Positions 62,375 through 64,000 of a stretch of DNA of 64,000 bases are shown here, in pieces. Each line of letters opens with the position of its first letter. The stretch's first letter is position 1. The notes beneath the pieces are model-generated. The model saw only the letters and a list, made by a program, of their open reading frames with translations, was not told where the DNA came from and ran no database searches. Position numbers and translations under genes: made by a program. Source of the DNA: Gordius albopunctatus (lineage: Eukaryota); assembly GCA_964276515.1 (NCBI GenBank), contig OZ193909.1, positions 4,712,001 to 4,776,000 of the forward strand, written 5' to 3'.

Positions 62375-64000
62375 TGTAGAGGATAACTGACGATGTATAA
62401 TGTACGCTAAAGTTCTATGGTGCCCATGGTGTAAAAAGGATACAGCACGTGATTATATATTTTGGTTCTTTCCTCTCGCGTTTTTCTTATTATCGTTTAT
62501 TCGATCGCGTTTGTTCTCTTCTCGCGCATGTTACTTGTAACGTAATTATATCCTATTAGCTTTAACATTGGTTTGGTGCATGAATCGTTAGAAACGACAT
62601 GGAATTATTCAGATTAGGAGATTCTATTGAAACATTTCTTATTCACTTCGAGGCCAACATCAAGGCACAGTCAGGGACGTTATCTGATACCCAGAAAACG
62701 TACAGGTTGCTAAGTTTTTTTATCGGCGGAGGCGTTTAAGGTTATCGCGGACGACGCGTACGCGGATAACCCTACCGAATGGACGTTCGAGGAAGCGACC
62801 AGGAAAGCGAAGAAGGTGTTTAAGGGGCAGACCTGCCCTCTTGCGCAAAGATTCATTTTTGGAAATATTTGACAAATGCAGGGGGAGGAGGTGATGCAGT
62901 TCATACGCAGGCTCAAGCAGGCCTCAAAAGACTGCGGTGTTTATCCTGGGGCATTATCGGCCAGGATGCTCGATCAGCTGATTCTAGGACTCCACGAACC
63001 GACGGTGTAGGCTTCGTTTATGGCCAAGAAGGATCTCAAATGAGACAAGGACGTGGAGATCGCCCTAGGTCGGGAGGCAATCGGCGAAGGCCTAAGGACA
63101 ATGCACCAGCCAGTGGGCGAGGCATTTGCGTTCGAAGCGACGAGGACGGGCCCGAGTATGACCAGGTTCGGCCATGCATTAGATATTTTGATTATTGATT
63201 TATATGTTAATAACACCTTGATAACTTTTCTTACAATCGTGCCGGCCGGCCAAGTTGTGGAAGGAGCGCTTGCCTTTTCAAACAAACCCGAGACCTTCCA
63301 TATATGCGTTCGGCGGCAAGGAGATAAAGATTATCTGTGACGTAACAACCGAGGCCCGTCTAGGTTCAAGCCGAAAGCGCCTGCCGCTGTTAGTGGTGGA
63401 TGTAATGGGACCGCCCTTACTCGGAACAAATTGGATAAAATAGTTCGGAAAAGACATATGGGAGCTAGCCACCTGGAATTCGCGAACCGTCATGTAGCGT
63501 TACATAGTGAATTTTGTCGAGGAGAAGGCCCTAAAAGAGCCGCTCGTAACCAATAGACACGTCGAAGATATGGTTCGGTGGATGACGATGCAGAAGGGGG
63601 CCAATCCGCAAGCGGTGAGGGACATTGAAGTCGACGTGCCAGTGGAAAGTGGGATCAAACCTGTGTTTATCCCTGCATGCCGAGTACCCTTAGTTTGGAG
63701 AAGGGAGGTAGAGGAAGAATTGGACAAGTGGGTTAATGACGACATAATAGAGCCTGTGGAATATTTACGCTGGGCAAGCCCGTTGGTGCCAGTGCGAAGG
63801 AGCGACGTGAGCTTTAGGCTCTGCATTGACTACCGATTTACGGTCAATAAATATGCTCAAGGGCTATTGTATCCCCTAACAAAGATTGACGAGCTTCTTA
63901 ATCAGCTATAGAATGCTGCAGTCTTCTCAAAAATAGATCTCACCAAGGTCTACCACCAGCTAAGGGTTAGTATAGAAACGAGTCACTTGCTAACAATTTC
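62375..64000 (+). mobile_element. Decayed Ty3/Gypsy element: 5' LTR, gag fragment, protease end, RT start (runs off the window)
   Basis: Candidate LTR TGTAGAGG..TTAACA (62375-62567) followed by a TGG-containing PBS-like sequence; gag-like ATG at about 62599; GPPLLGTNWI, WASPLVPV, RLCIDYR and KIDL. Related to the element at 1-3363. Confidence 0.88.

Overview
AT-rich, repeat-dense animal (invertebrate-type) genomic DNA; the taxon cannot be fixed from the sequence alone. The only host genes I can support are three single-ORF class A GPCRs on the + strand. Two of them (5.8-7.0 kb and 17.8-19.0 kb) are a near-identical pair inside a tandem duplication offset by about 12 kb; the third (42.3-43.3 kb) is a divergent paralog. 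All three keep the aminergic-pocket residues (D3.32, W7.40, Y7.43) but replace the canonical activation switches: LDT for DRY, CYxP for CWxP, no P5.50, and Lys at 7.45. The rest is nested transposon sequence: Ty3/Gypsy remnants, at least seven RTE-clade LINE pieces, a DIRS-like RT fragment, a CRE-like RLE LINE, a decayed autonomous Helitron, non-autonomous Helitrons, Helitron-borne (TACA)n arrays of 4.8 and 1.26 kb, DINE-1-like Helentron derivatives with higher-order tandem repeats, and hAT and TA-target MITEs. Structural highlights are the atypical GPCR family with a divergence hotspot in ICL3, a Helitron intron built from a copy of its own coding sequence, tRNA-like modules in a LINE head and in the Helentron, 5'UTR swapping among RTEs, and a circularly permuted inverted duplication at 55.6-63.2 kb. 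All alignments and counts were made by eye.
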